Below the pieces are notes generated by a model. It was not told the origin of the DNA and made no database searches. It saw only the letters and a list, made by a program, of their open reading frames with translations. From the NCBI RefSeq assembly GCF_054482525.1, contig NZ_CM137006.1: DNA of 64,000 nucleotides; one strand, written 5' to 3'. This document shows positions 13,626 to 22,579 of this stretch, one piece after another; the stretch's first letter is position 1, and every line of letters begins with the position of its first letter. The translations under genes were made by a program, and so were the position numbers.

Positions 13626-14819
13626 CTAAAGCGCACCGGCCTTCTGGCGTGCGGTAACAAAGGTCAGTACGCCAGCGCAAAGGAGCAGCACGCTACTCAT
13701 AGCAAACGTGCTCTGCCAGCCAAGGCGGTCAAATACGATGCCTCCTGCTGTTGATCCAAGGGCGATGGAGAGCTGAATCACCGCGACCATGAGCCCGCCT
13801 CCGGCTTCGGCGTTGTCAGGCAACGTACGCGCAATCCATGTCCACCATCCGGTTGGCGCGGCGGTGGCCAGCATGCCCCAGAGTCCTAACAGCAGCGAGA
13901 CCGTCCAGACGTGATGCCCGGTCAGCATCAGACCGATAGCAATGACGGCCATCAGTCCGGGTATGGCCATCAGCGTGGGGTAGAATTTTCTGTTGAGAAA
14001 TGCCGAAACAACCAGCGTGCCAATAAAACCGGCCACGCCGATAATCAGCAAAATCAACGACAAGCCTAAGGAATTAACCCGTGTCACCGACTCCAGAAAC
14101 GGGCGCACATAGGTGAATAGTGCAAACTGCCCCATGAAAAACAGGCAGCAGGCTATCATGCCGACCACAACCATGCGGCGGCTAAATAAGCGGAATACCG
14201 CGCCACATGAAGTGTGGCTTTTATTCGCATCCATGCTTGGCAGGCTGATGCACTGCCAGATAAAGGCGACAACCGCGATGGGCACCAGGCACAAGAAAGC
14301 GCCTCGCCATCCGACCGTAGCCCCCAGATAGCTTCCCAGCGGTGCGGCCACGACCGTCGCCAGCGCATTACCGGCGTTGAAAATTGCCAGCGCACGCGTG
14401 ACCTGATGCTGCGGCACCAGACGAATCGCCGTTGCCGCTGACATCGACCAGAATCCGCCAATAGCCACACCAATCATCGCACGACCGACCATATACATCA
14501 GATAACTGGAAGCCAGCGCAATAATAAGCCCCGATACGGCCATCAGAACCGTCATCCCCAGCAGCAGGAACTTACGATTCATCTTTCCAGCTAGCGTTGA
14601 AAGCGTCAGGCTGGTCAGAACCGCCAGCGCGCCGGAGATAGCAATCCCCTGCCCTGCCAGCCCCTCCGTCACGCCTAAATCGCGGGTAATCGGCGTGAGC
14701 AGGCTGACGGGCATAAATTCAGAAGCAATCAGCACAAACACGCACAGGGTCATGGCAAAAATACCGCCCCAGTATGCGCGCTGATGATGAGGTGATAGTG
14801 TTTGGCTTAGTGTCGACAT
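13626..14819 (-). CDS. MFS family transporter, about 12 TM
   Basis: 397 aa, highly hydrophobic with regularly spaced helices, MFS-like motifs. Confidence 0.8.
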   Translation of the reverse strand: MSTLSQTLSPHHQRAYWGGIFAMTLCVFVLIASEFMPVSLLTPITRDLGVTEGLAGQGIAISGALAVLTSLTLSTLAGKMNRKFLLLGMTVLMAVSGLIIALASSYLMYMVGRAMIGVAIGGFWSMSAATAIRLVPQHQVTRALAIFNAGNALATVVAAPLGSYLGATVGWRGAFLCLVPIAVVAFIWQCISLPSMDANKSHTSCGAVFRLFSRRMVVVGMIACCLFFMGQFALFTYVRPFLESVTRVNSLGLSLILLIIGVAGFIGTLVVSAFLNRKFYPTLMAIPGLMAVIAIGLMLTGHHVWTVSLLLGLWGMLATAAPTGWWTWIARTLPDNAEAGGGLMVAVIQLSIALGSTAGGIVFDRLGWQSTFAMSSVLLLCAGVLTFVTARQKAGAL

Positions 14820-14894
14820 AGTGAAATTTCACAAAGATCAGGATAAAAGCCACCAGCCTATGGCCGGTGGCTTTGCATCAATTCAGGAGAGGTT

Positions 14895-16031
14895 TTATTT
14901 CAGTTTGGTCTGGAAAAATTGTTCGAACTTCGCGAAAGGTATTTTTCCGGCCACGTTATCGTACAGGTCCACGTGATTTGCCCCTGGTACCACCACCAGC
15001 TCTTTGTCGTTACTGCCAACCACCTTGTAAGCATCTTCAGCAAAATAGCGTGAATGCGCTTTCTCACCGGTCACAATCAGCGTCGGGATGGTGATTTCAC
15101 TGGCGTAGCTCAACAGCGGCATATTCATAAATGACAGCGGCATCGTTGCCGTCCACGCCCCGGTAGAGTTAACGGAACGTTCGTGGAAGCCGCGCGGCAT
15201 GCGATAGTAGTCAAAGAACTCTTTCAGTACCGGATGAGGATTTGCCGGCAGCGTTTCTGGCAGAATGCGCTCGCCCGCACTGACCTTGCCGTTGCTGTCG
15301 ACATTAATATCATGACCACCGTGAGCGAACGTTCCGCTCTGCGCATCCTTCCAGCGCTGTTCATTCAGATATTGCAGAACGGCACGACGGTCGGCGGTAG
15401 AATAACGGTCTTTGCCATCCCCCACACCATGACCCATCGCCCGGCTCATGTCATACATCACGCTGGTAGCTACCGCTTTAACGCGGGTATCCATCGCCAC
15501 GTCGTTCAGCGCCATGCCGCCCCAGCCACAAATACCGAGCAGCCCGATACGGTTGCGATCTACCTCTTTTTGCAGCCCTAAGAAATCCACCGCCGCGCTG
15601 AAATCTTCAGTGTTGATATCCGGTGAGGCGACGTTTCGCGGATAGCCGCCGCTTTCCCCGGTGTAAGAAGGATCGAACGCCAGGGTAACAAACCCTCGTT
15701 CCGCCAGCGTCTGCGCATACAAGCCGCTGGATTGCTCTTTCACCGCGCCAAATGGCCCACTGACCGCAATCGCCGCCAGCTTGCGATCGCCACGGTCTTT
15801 AGGCAGGTAAAGATCGCCCACTAAGGTGATGCCATATCGGTTCGGGAACGAGACTTTACGGTGATCGACTTTCTGGCTCTCGGCGAACGTTTTATCCCAT
15901 TTATCTGCCATGGACACAGGGGCATTAGGATTGGTTGAATCAGCATAACTCATTGTCGTGACTCCACTTAATGATGCGAAAAGCAGCATGGTCGGCATCG
16001 CGGTTTTTAGCGTGCGGGTGAAGGCTTTCAT
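14895..16031 (-). CDS. Secreted alpha/beta-hydrolase fold protein
   Basis: Start trimmed to MKAFTRTL signal peptide; GxCxWGG nucleophile-elbow-like motif (GICGWGG); 378 aa. Confidence 0.65.
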   Translation of the reverse strand: MKAFTRTLKTAMPTMLLFASLSGVTTMSYADSTNPNAPVSMADKWDKTFAESQKVDHRKVSFPNRYGITLVGDLYLPKDRGDRKLAAIAVSGPFGAVKEQSSGLYAQTLAERGFVTLAFDPSYTGESGGYPRNVASPDINTEDFSAAVDFLGLQKEVDRNRIGLLGICGWGGMALNDVAMDTRVKAVATSVMYDMSRAMGHGVGDGKDRYSTADRRAVLQYLNEQRWKDAQSGTFAHGGHDINVDSNGKVSAGERILPETLPANPHPVLKEFFDYYRMPRGFHERSVNSTGAWTATMPLSFMNMPLLSYASEITIPTLIVTGEKAHSRYFAEDAYKVVGSNDKELVVVPGANHVDLYDNVAGKIPFAKFEQFFQTKLK

Positions 16032-16218
16032 AAAAATCCCCATAAAAAACAACAGAGAGATACAGGTTTCCGACGGACAACGCTGCGGTGCTTTACTTTG
16101 ATGGGGTCATTATAGTGAGCAGAATTAGTGCTGATTAGGGGGCGATTAATGCTAAGATTAATACCATATTGTTATAAATTAATGCGGAGATTGCCGGCAT
16201 GAAGGGGGGGATGTTTCA

Positions 16219-17103
16219 ATGGCGAAAAGGGAGAACTACAACGAGCTGTACCTGTTTATGCAGGTGGTGCGGGAAGGCAGCTTTACCGCAGCGGCTCAGC
16301 GGCTGGGTCTTGCTCAGTCAGGAGTCAGCCGTTCTGTTCGCGAGCTTGAAGAAAGGCTGGGCGTCCAGCTGCTAGTGCGCACCACGCGTAAACTGTCGCT
16401 GACACAAGCAGGCGAGCAGCTCTACCAGAAGACGGCATCTGGATTTGAAATGTTAGATCTTGGGCTTGCCACGCTGGCGCACTATCGAGAGACGCCCTCC
16501 GGCACGGTGCGTATCAATGCCAGCCAGCACGCGATTGATAAATGCCTGCTGCCAAAGCTGGCGGTATTTAAACAGAGATATCCTGATATCCGGCTTGAAC
16601 TGATAAATGAGAGCCGGTTCGTCGATATCATCGAGGAAAGATTCGATGCAGGTGTCCGCCTGGGGCCTGAAGTCGGCCAGGGTATGGTCGCGGTACGCAT
16701 CACGCCCGATATGGAGATGGCAATTGTGGGGACTCCGGAACATTTTCGTCGTTATGGTTTTCCGCAAACCCCGGCGGATTTAAAGGCGCATCCCTGTATC
16801 GCCTATCAGTTTGCCGACGGCAGCGTATACCAGTGGGAACTCAATCAGGATGATAAAAAAATCACTCATCGCCCTGAAGGGCAATGGGCCCTATCCGACA
16901 GCTATATGGAAGCAGAAGCCGCCCGGCTGGGCCTCGGATTGGCCTATGTTCCTGTTGAACTGGTCGCGGATGATTTAGAACACGGTAACCTTATCAGGGT
17001 GTTGCAGCGTTACAGCCTGCGAATGGAGGGATTGTTTCTCTATTACCCTCATCGCAACGTCTCCCCCGCTCTGCGGATGGTCATTGATACATTGAAAATC
17101 TGA
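16219..17103 (+). CDS. LysR-family transcriptional regulator
   Basis: N-terminal HTH (FMQVVREGSFTAAAQRLGLAQSGVSRSVRELEERLGVQLLVR), 294 aa; divergent from the hydrolase gene. Confidence 0.85.
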   Translation: MAKRENYNELYLFMQVVREGSFTAAAQRLGLAQSGVSRSVRELEERLGVQLLVRTTRKLSLTQAGEQLYQKTASGFEMLDLGLATLAHYRETPSGTVRINASQHAIDKCLLPKLAVFKQRYPDIRLELINESRFVDIIEERFDAGVRLGPEVGQGMVAVRITPDMEMAIVGTPEHFRRYGFPQTPADLKAHPCIAYQFADGSVYQWELNQDDKKITHRPEGQWALSDSYMEAEAARLGLGLAYVPVELVADDLEHGNLIRVLQRYSLRMEGLFLYYPHRNVSPALRMVIDTLKI

Positions 17104-17793
17104 ACGTTAACAACGACCGACTCTTTACTGTGCAAAATTGTGTCAGGTAGTCCCTCTGCGTTCAATTCCAGGGTCTGTACACCCTGCTTTGAGCGAGAAA
17201 GAGGGGACTATCCAGCAATGGAGATCACCCAAAAGAAAAAACCACCTGGCTCCCTCGACAACCTTCATCCAGGCATTTAGCCTCAATCAACATTTTTATA
17301 TCTGTCAGGTTACTTCATGATGAAAACTGATCATTATCGTTGTTTTTGTTGCAATAGTAGAATACGCGTATTTATTCCTCCATCTCTATTAATAACGGCA
17401 ATAAACTGTTCACTTCACTGATATTTAAAATATGTATCCTTTTCAAGCTGTTCAGCGGCGTAAGAAAAAGCATTAATTATGAATTCGACGATTTAACCAT
17501 TTCAGTCTGATTGGTAATCATCTGTGATTAATGCTGGTCTATTGATTACGCCAGCATTAACCGCTTAGGGATGTATTCTTCCTGTTCATATAGCCCTCGA
17601 AAAAGAGAGAAAATAAAACTGTGTCCAATATTAATTTACCACTCCAGACCGAAGCATCGGTGGGATTAGCAGGACGACTGGTACAGAAGGATGGTATAGC
17701 GTCATTTGTCGGGCATTCCATTGCCATAATAATGACAATTTTGAATCAATAGACATGCTTCTTGATCATGTCTTAAAAATTAGACCATGAGCC

Positions 17794-18024
17794 TTACGAA
17801 GCATCATTTTTACTGACTGGTATTAACTTTGCTATCATATAAACTCTATTCTTAAAAAACGCGCCCAGAATTTTATATGATTTTCCTTGTTTTGCTGCCT
17901 GTAAAGAAATTTCTTTTTCAGTGCTGTCGATGGTTGAACCGACGGCAGTAATCGTTTTGGCGACGCTACTGAAGGATATTAAAGACAGTGTAACCACAAC
18001 AATTAAAGAATAGATAATATTCAT
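17794..18024 (-). CDS. Small secreted DUF1471 (YhcN/BhsA-like) protein
   Basis: Start trimmed to MNIIYSLIVVVTLSLISFSSVA signal peptide; about 76 aa; AT-rich context. Confidence 0.4.
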   Translation of the reverse strand: MNIIYSLIVVVTLSLISFSSVAKTITAVGSTIDSTEKEISLQAAKQGKSYKILGAFFKNRVYMIAKLIPVSKNDAS

Positions 18025-18239
18025 GCTAATTCTCCTGACAATTGAGAGGATGAGTTTTATATACAAAGGCATTAAATATGAGTCATGTTTACTCCCTGTG
18101 AAAATAATCTTACTGTAATTAAACCTTCATCTCCTTCGGAGTGAGCAATGCATAATATAATGCATCTTGCTATTCAAAACAGTGGATATAAATTTTCCTT
18201 CCGACCTATTTAATAAAACGTGAATATAAAAGTTATTCT

Positions 18240-18791
18240 TCAGTTTGCAGATGCAGTAGGTCTGATGGTAATTTCGGTTGTATCAACGCTTTCGGGAGAT
18301 TCAATAATATGCCTTACAGCACGGGCAATATCCGCGGGTTGAAGTGCAACAGAACGGTAGGCGTCTATTGACTTCATGGTTTCCACATGGGTAATGGTTG
18401 AAGCCAGTTCACTTTCTACAACCCCAGGATTTACGCAGGTCACACGGATTTTCGAGCTTTCCTGCCGTAAGCCATCCGAAATAGCCCGTACTGCAAATTT
18501 TGACGCGCAATAGACTGCGCCTGTGGGCACAACAGAAAGGGCACCAATAGAACCAAGATTGATTATCTGACCGGAACCCTGTGCTTCCATCACCGGAAGT
18601 ACAGCGCCAATTCCCCAAAGTACACCTTTGATATTCACGTCAATAGTGAGTTCCCATTCATCTTGTTTTCCTGCTGCAAGCGGTGAAAGCGGCATAACGC
18701 CCGCATTATTGATAAGAACATCAACTCGCCCCCAGCTATCCAGCGCTGCTTGCACGAAATCTGCCATGGACTGTCGGTCTGTGACATCCAA
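18240..18791 (-). pseudogene. 5'-truncated short-chain dehydrogenase/reductase (SDR)
   Basis: Carries central and C-terminal SDR motifs (NNAG, catalytic YxxxK as YCASK) but lacks the N-terminal TGxxxGxG Rossmann segment; abuts the integrase fragment. Confidence 0.7.
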
Positions 18792-18796
18792 CTTGC

Positions 18797-18962
18797 ATTT
18801 TCAGAAATGGGAGGCTGGGAGTCTATCGAAATGGTTCGTCGATATGCTCACCTCGCGCCTAATCACCTTACCGAACACGCACGGCAAATAGACTCAGTCC
18901 TGAACCCATCGGTCCCAAATTTGTCCCAGTCAAAAAAAAAGGAAGGTACTAATTATGTGTAA
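18797..18962 (+). pseudogene. C-terminal fragment of a tyrosine integrase
   Basis: [28 protein letters not shown] matches the conserved integrase C-terminus (catalytic Tyr in RYAHL); only about 55 codons remain. Confidence 0.6.
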
Positions 18963-18970
18963 CTTATTGA

Positions 18971-18992
18971 TTTAAATGGTGCGATAATAGGA
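18971..18992. repeat. Distal att-like direct repeat (degenerate copy of tRNA-Thr 3' end)
   Basis: tttaaatggtgcgataatagga matches tttgaaatggtgccgataatagga at 42535..42558 with two single-base gaps. Confidence 0.5.
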
Positions 18993-19170
18993 ATATAACA
19001 CACCACATATATTCTTTGATAAATATGACTATTTTCTTGTTTCATCTTTATAAATGCCCCCTTTTGTGCCCCCACCTTGTTTTTCATGCGACTCGATGAG
19101 ACTTTCATCGAGTCGTTAATCTCATCAAATTCTTCACGTATCGTGGAAACCTTCGCAGATCTCCATCCCC

Positions 19171-19539
19171 TCACAGCCGTGATCGGCTAAGAACAATATT
19201 ACTTACCTCCCTGTAAGAACACCGGCTCATCAGCCCGCACGCTTTCCTGGCTTGAAGAATGTCTGTCGCAGTCAAATATGGTGCTTGTACCTGAGAGGTA
19301 AATCCATTGCGATCAATACGAACTAACTCATATTTCTCTACCAGAAAGTTAACGGCATTAGCCAGAGTGATACCGGCATCGATATGCTCCTTTATAACGG
19401 TTTCATCGCTAAAAGGTGTGTCGCTTAGCATTAGGCCATAGTGCTGCTCAAGCAGACGAGTAAGTAACATTTGCCAGATTGCAACGGGCGACAGACAGGG
19501 CTTCGCCGCCCGCGAAATTGTAGCAGGTAGATTTTTCAT
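19171..19539 (-). CDS. cbtA: CbtA/YeeV/YkfI-family toxin (type IV TA)
   Basis: Start trimmed to [36 protein letters not shown], closely resembling remembered CbtA/YeeV; ATGA overlap with upstream antitoxin. Confidence 0.8.
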   Translation of the reverse strand: MKNLPATISRAAKPCLSPVAIWQMLLTRLLEQHYGLMLSDTPFSDETVIKEHIDAGITLANAVNFLVEKYELVRIDRNGFTSQVQAPYLTATDILQARKACGLMSRCSYREVSNIVLSRSRL

Positions 19540-19877
19540 GTTTGCTCTCGTGAAATTTGTTTGCGCTGAGGGGGATAAATGGCGATGTATACGTAGCCGC
19601 AACTACCAAGGGTATCGGCTTCGCAGGTGAAACCGTTGTGGTACAGGGTGACACAGTGGGCATGGCGGGGATTCATTTCACCAGTGGTCAGCATCGATTC
19701 CATCTGACTGATAAAATGTGGAAATACGACATCCAACTTCAGGCTTTCGGCATCACTAAACTTACCGGTGATACTTGCCCGGTCAGCCAGATAGTGCAGC
19801 CGGTTGCCCTCCTGCACCAGACGTGCTCCCAGGCACGGCGTGATATCCCGCTGCAGGCCCCATGTGGGGTTGCTCAT
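19536..19877 (-). CDS. cbeA: CbeA/YeeU/YfjZ-family antitoxin
   Basis: 113 aa; [20 protein letters not shown]...[14 protein letters not shown] matches the YeeU family. Confidence 0.8.
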   Translation of the reverse strand: MSNPTWGLQRDITPCLGARLVQEGNRLHYLADRASITGKFSDAESLKLDVVFPHFISQMESMLTTGEMNPRHAHCVTLYHNGFTCEADTLGSCGYVYIAIYPPQRKQISREQT

Positions 19878-19894
19878 TTATAACCTCTTTATTG

Positions 19895-20116
19895 TCAGTT
19901 CAGGGTAATACTCACCAGACAGGTATAAGGTCCGTTGCGATCCTGGCGGCGTTCGACGTATACCGCCAGCACACTGGAAATGTCAGGAACCACCTTAACG
20001 GTGTATTGACAGACACTGCCATGCCACTGGTATCTGCCAGTGCAGAATCGAACAATGCGGGAGGCCGGATGCTGACGGTAAATCGTCATCGCCAGGCGTT
20101 TACTGATAATTTTCAT
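19895..20116 (-). CDS. DUF987 protein (YeeT/YkfH-like)
   Basis: MKIISKRLAMTIYRQHP...YQWHGSVCQYT resembles YeeT; conserved position upstream of cbeA. Confidence 0.65.
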   Translation of the reverse strand: MKIISKRLAMTIYRQHPASRIVRFCTGRYQWHGSVCQYTVKVVPDISSVLAVYVERRQDRNGPYTCLVSITLN

Positions 20117-20124
20117 GTAATACC

Positions 20125-20604
20125 TCAAAGCAGACCATGTTCAGCGAACGACAATATCTGCGTACCACCGACGATAAGGTGGTCGAGCACCCGGATCTCC
20201 ACCAGCATCAGTGCATGTAACAGTCGTTGAGTGATAGCCTTGTCGGCCTGGCTTGGAGTCACTTCTCCGGACGGGTGGTTATGGGCAAATATCACCGCCG
20301 CCGCATTAAAGTACAGCGCGCGTTTCACCACCTCGCGAGGATGAACCTCAGTGTGACTGATGGTGCCGGTAAAGAGCGTTTCGTGGGCAAGCAGCTGGTT
20401 CTGGTTATTGAGGTACAACACGACAAACACTTCGCGCTCAAGGGGGCCCATTTTCAGCCTGAGCCAGTCGCGGGCAGCCTGAGTCGAGGTGAATGCCACA
20501 CCCGGTTCTAGCAAGTGCTGGTCAAGCAGAACCAAGGCTCGCTTAATGGTACGCAGTGCTGGTAACGGCAGTTCAGGTGTAAACATAGTCAGTTGTTTCG
20601 CCAT
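20125..20604 (-). CDS. RadC-like JAB-domain protein (YeeS/YkfG-like)
   Basis: JAMM-like motif HNHPSGEVTPSQADKAIT; 159 aa. Confidence 0.75.
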   Translation of the reverse strand: MAKQLTMFTPELPLPALRTIKRALVLLDQHLLEPGVAFTSTQAARDWLRLKMGPLEREVFVVLYLNNQNQLLAHETLFTGTISHTEVHPREVVKRALYFNAAAVIFAHNHPSGEVTPSQADKAITQRLLHALMLVEIRVLDHLIVGGTQILSFAEHGLL

Positions 20605-20980
20605 AGCAAATATCCTTAATTAAAGGTGGTGAGAATGACACTGGATTCGGCACGACAGGCGTGATGGTCGTATTCGAGTAGGAAGATGGTAATATGATTG
20701 CGGAATGCATGAGGAAACGAAGCCAGCAATGACCCAGTGACTCACACCCAATCACAGTGTTAAAAATAAAAAAATCCCGCAATCCAGCGAGGATTGCATT
20801 GGGATAATATCTATCTGTAATTATTTAGAAAAAATGTTTTTTTTCTGAGGTCTATTATAAATTTTTTTCGTTCAGAAACTTCTCGGATATGATCATCTGC
20901 TGAGTACCAAGAACGGACATTGTACCCAATAGTGAGTTAATCATTGGAACGTTGATCACCCCAATTGAAAATTTTCACAA

Positions 20981-21003
20981 TATCCAATATCCAATATCCA
21001 ATA
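20981..21003. repeat. Short tandem repeat (tatccaa x3)
   Basis: tatccaatatccaatatccaatat read directly from sequence. Confidence 0.6.
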
Positions 21004-21032
21004 TATCGGTGTAGAGGGCTTCTCTCTTAAAC

Positions 21033-22230
21033 TGATCCTACCCGCGTAATGTGGACACGCTCCTAAGCGAGATTCTGGTTTTCAAACTGTTTCGGGCTGA
21101 GGCCGCCATAATCGCTGTGACGCCGCCAGCGATTGTAATCGCACTTAATCCGCCGTCCGCATGATTTCCCGGCTGATAAAGCGTTCTCCGTGGATACACT
21201 CGACTTTTAACGAGTGTAAGAAGCTTTCCGCACAGGCATTATCATAACAGCAACCTTTTGCGCTCATGCTGCCATGCAGATTATGTCGTTTCAGCAGAGC
21301 CTGATAATCCGCTGAGCAGTACTGCCCGCCACGGTCGGTGTGAATTCGCCGCCACAGCGCCATCTGCAGTGCATCACAGGCAAGTTCTGCCGTTATTTGC
21401 GAGGACACCAACTAGCCAATAATAGCACGCGACCACCAGTCTATAACCACGGCAAAGTATAACAAGCTTTCATCGATGCGAAGGTACGTGATGTCACCAG
21501 CCCACTTCTGGTCCGAGCCACTAGATCTGAAGTCCTGCTTCAGCAGATTCTCCGGCACTGGCTGGTCGTGAGCACAGTAGATTAACGGGCTGAACAGACG
21601 TGAGGTTTTTGCCCGCAGGCCCTGACGACGCGAACTGTTGCTATCGTTTTGATGTTGTATTCCGGCGGCTCGTCTGCAAGACGAGCCGCACCATAACGCT
21701 GTTTTGCCTCAACGAATACCTTACAGACAGCTTCATTGAAGACGCACCGGAACTGTTGCCGATGGCTCAGTTGGGGACGACGCAGACACCAGGTATACCA
21801 GCAGCTGTGCGCCACGCACAGCACCCGACACATAGCTTTGATACTGAACTCAACCTGATATTTTTCGATAAAGATATACTTCATTTCAGGCGCTACGCGA
21901 AGTATGTCGCGCCCTTTTGGAGAATAGCCAACTCATTATCCCGCTCAGCCAGTTGACGTTTGAGGCAGGCAATCTCCGCTGCTTGTGCGCTCTCTCTCAG
22001 AGGATATTGTCTGGTGCAGTTGTTTGTAGAGCTGGGAATCGTAAAGGCTGAGTTCACGGGCGGTAGTGGCCACACCGAGACGTTCGGCCAACTTAAGGGC
22101 TTCTTCACGAAATTCAGGCGTGTGTTGTTTGCGTGACTTTTGTTGATTGATGCTGATTTTGTCATGTGAGCTACCTCTGATTGAGAGTTTACTCGCTTAG
22201 TCCCGTGTCCACTATTGGTGGGTAGGATCA
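21033..22230 (-). mobile_element. Degraded IS3-family insertion sequence (frameshifted orfA, interrupted orfB)
   Basis: Terminal inverted repeats tgatcctaccc (21033) and gggtaggatca (22220); ORFs 21893..22231, 21582..21884 and 21145..21411 match InsE C-terminus ([23 protein letters not shown]) and InsF N- and C-terminal parts, but not as continuous frames. Confidence 0.75.
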
Positions 22231-22579
22231 TTATTGATCAAAGATCAAGATGTGCAAAAATTCCCAAGTAAAGCCTTATCTGAACCTTCCGTTTTGTTAG
22301 CACATCTGACATTATTATTCAGTCAAATCCCTTCAGTTGATTGAGTTCAAAGGCGGTAGCTATGCTGATTTGCATTACTGTAAAACTTTTAAAGCAGAGG
22401 TTTATATAGAATTGCTCTGTTGAATAAATTAGTAGGTTCACATGGATTTTGAGTTCACCAAGCATGACAACTTGCGTTCTTCAAGCGATCCTGAGAAGCC
22501 TATTATATTAGTGTACAAGATGCCTCACGTGGCACCACTGAATTTTACATTAGACTCTATCCATTAAAACGATAAAATT

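Noticed and set aside
20981-21003. Possible CRISPR array from short repeats (also 31467..31490)
   Set aside because: Repeats are 6-7 bp tandem units without spacers; no cas genes in the window.
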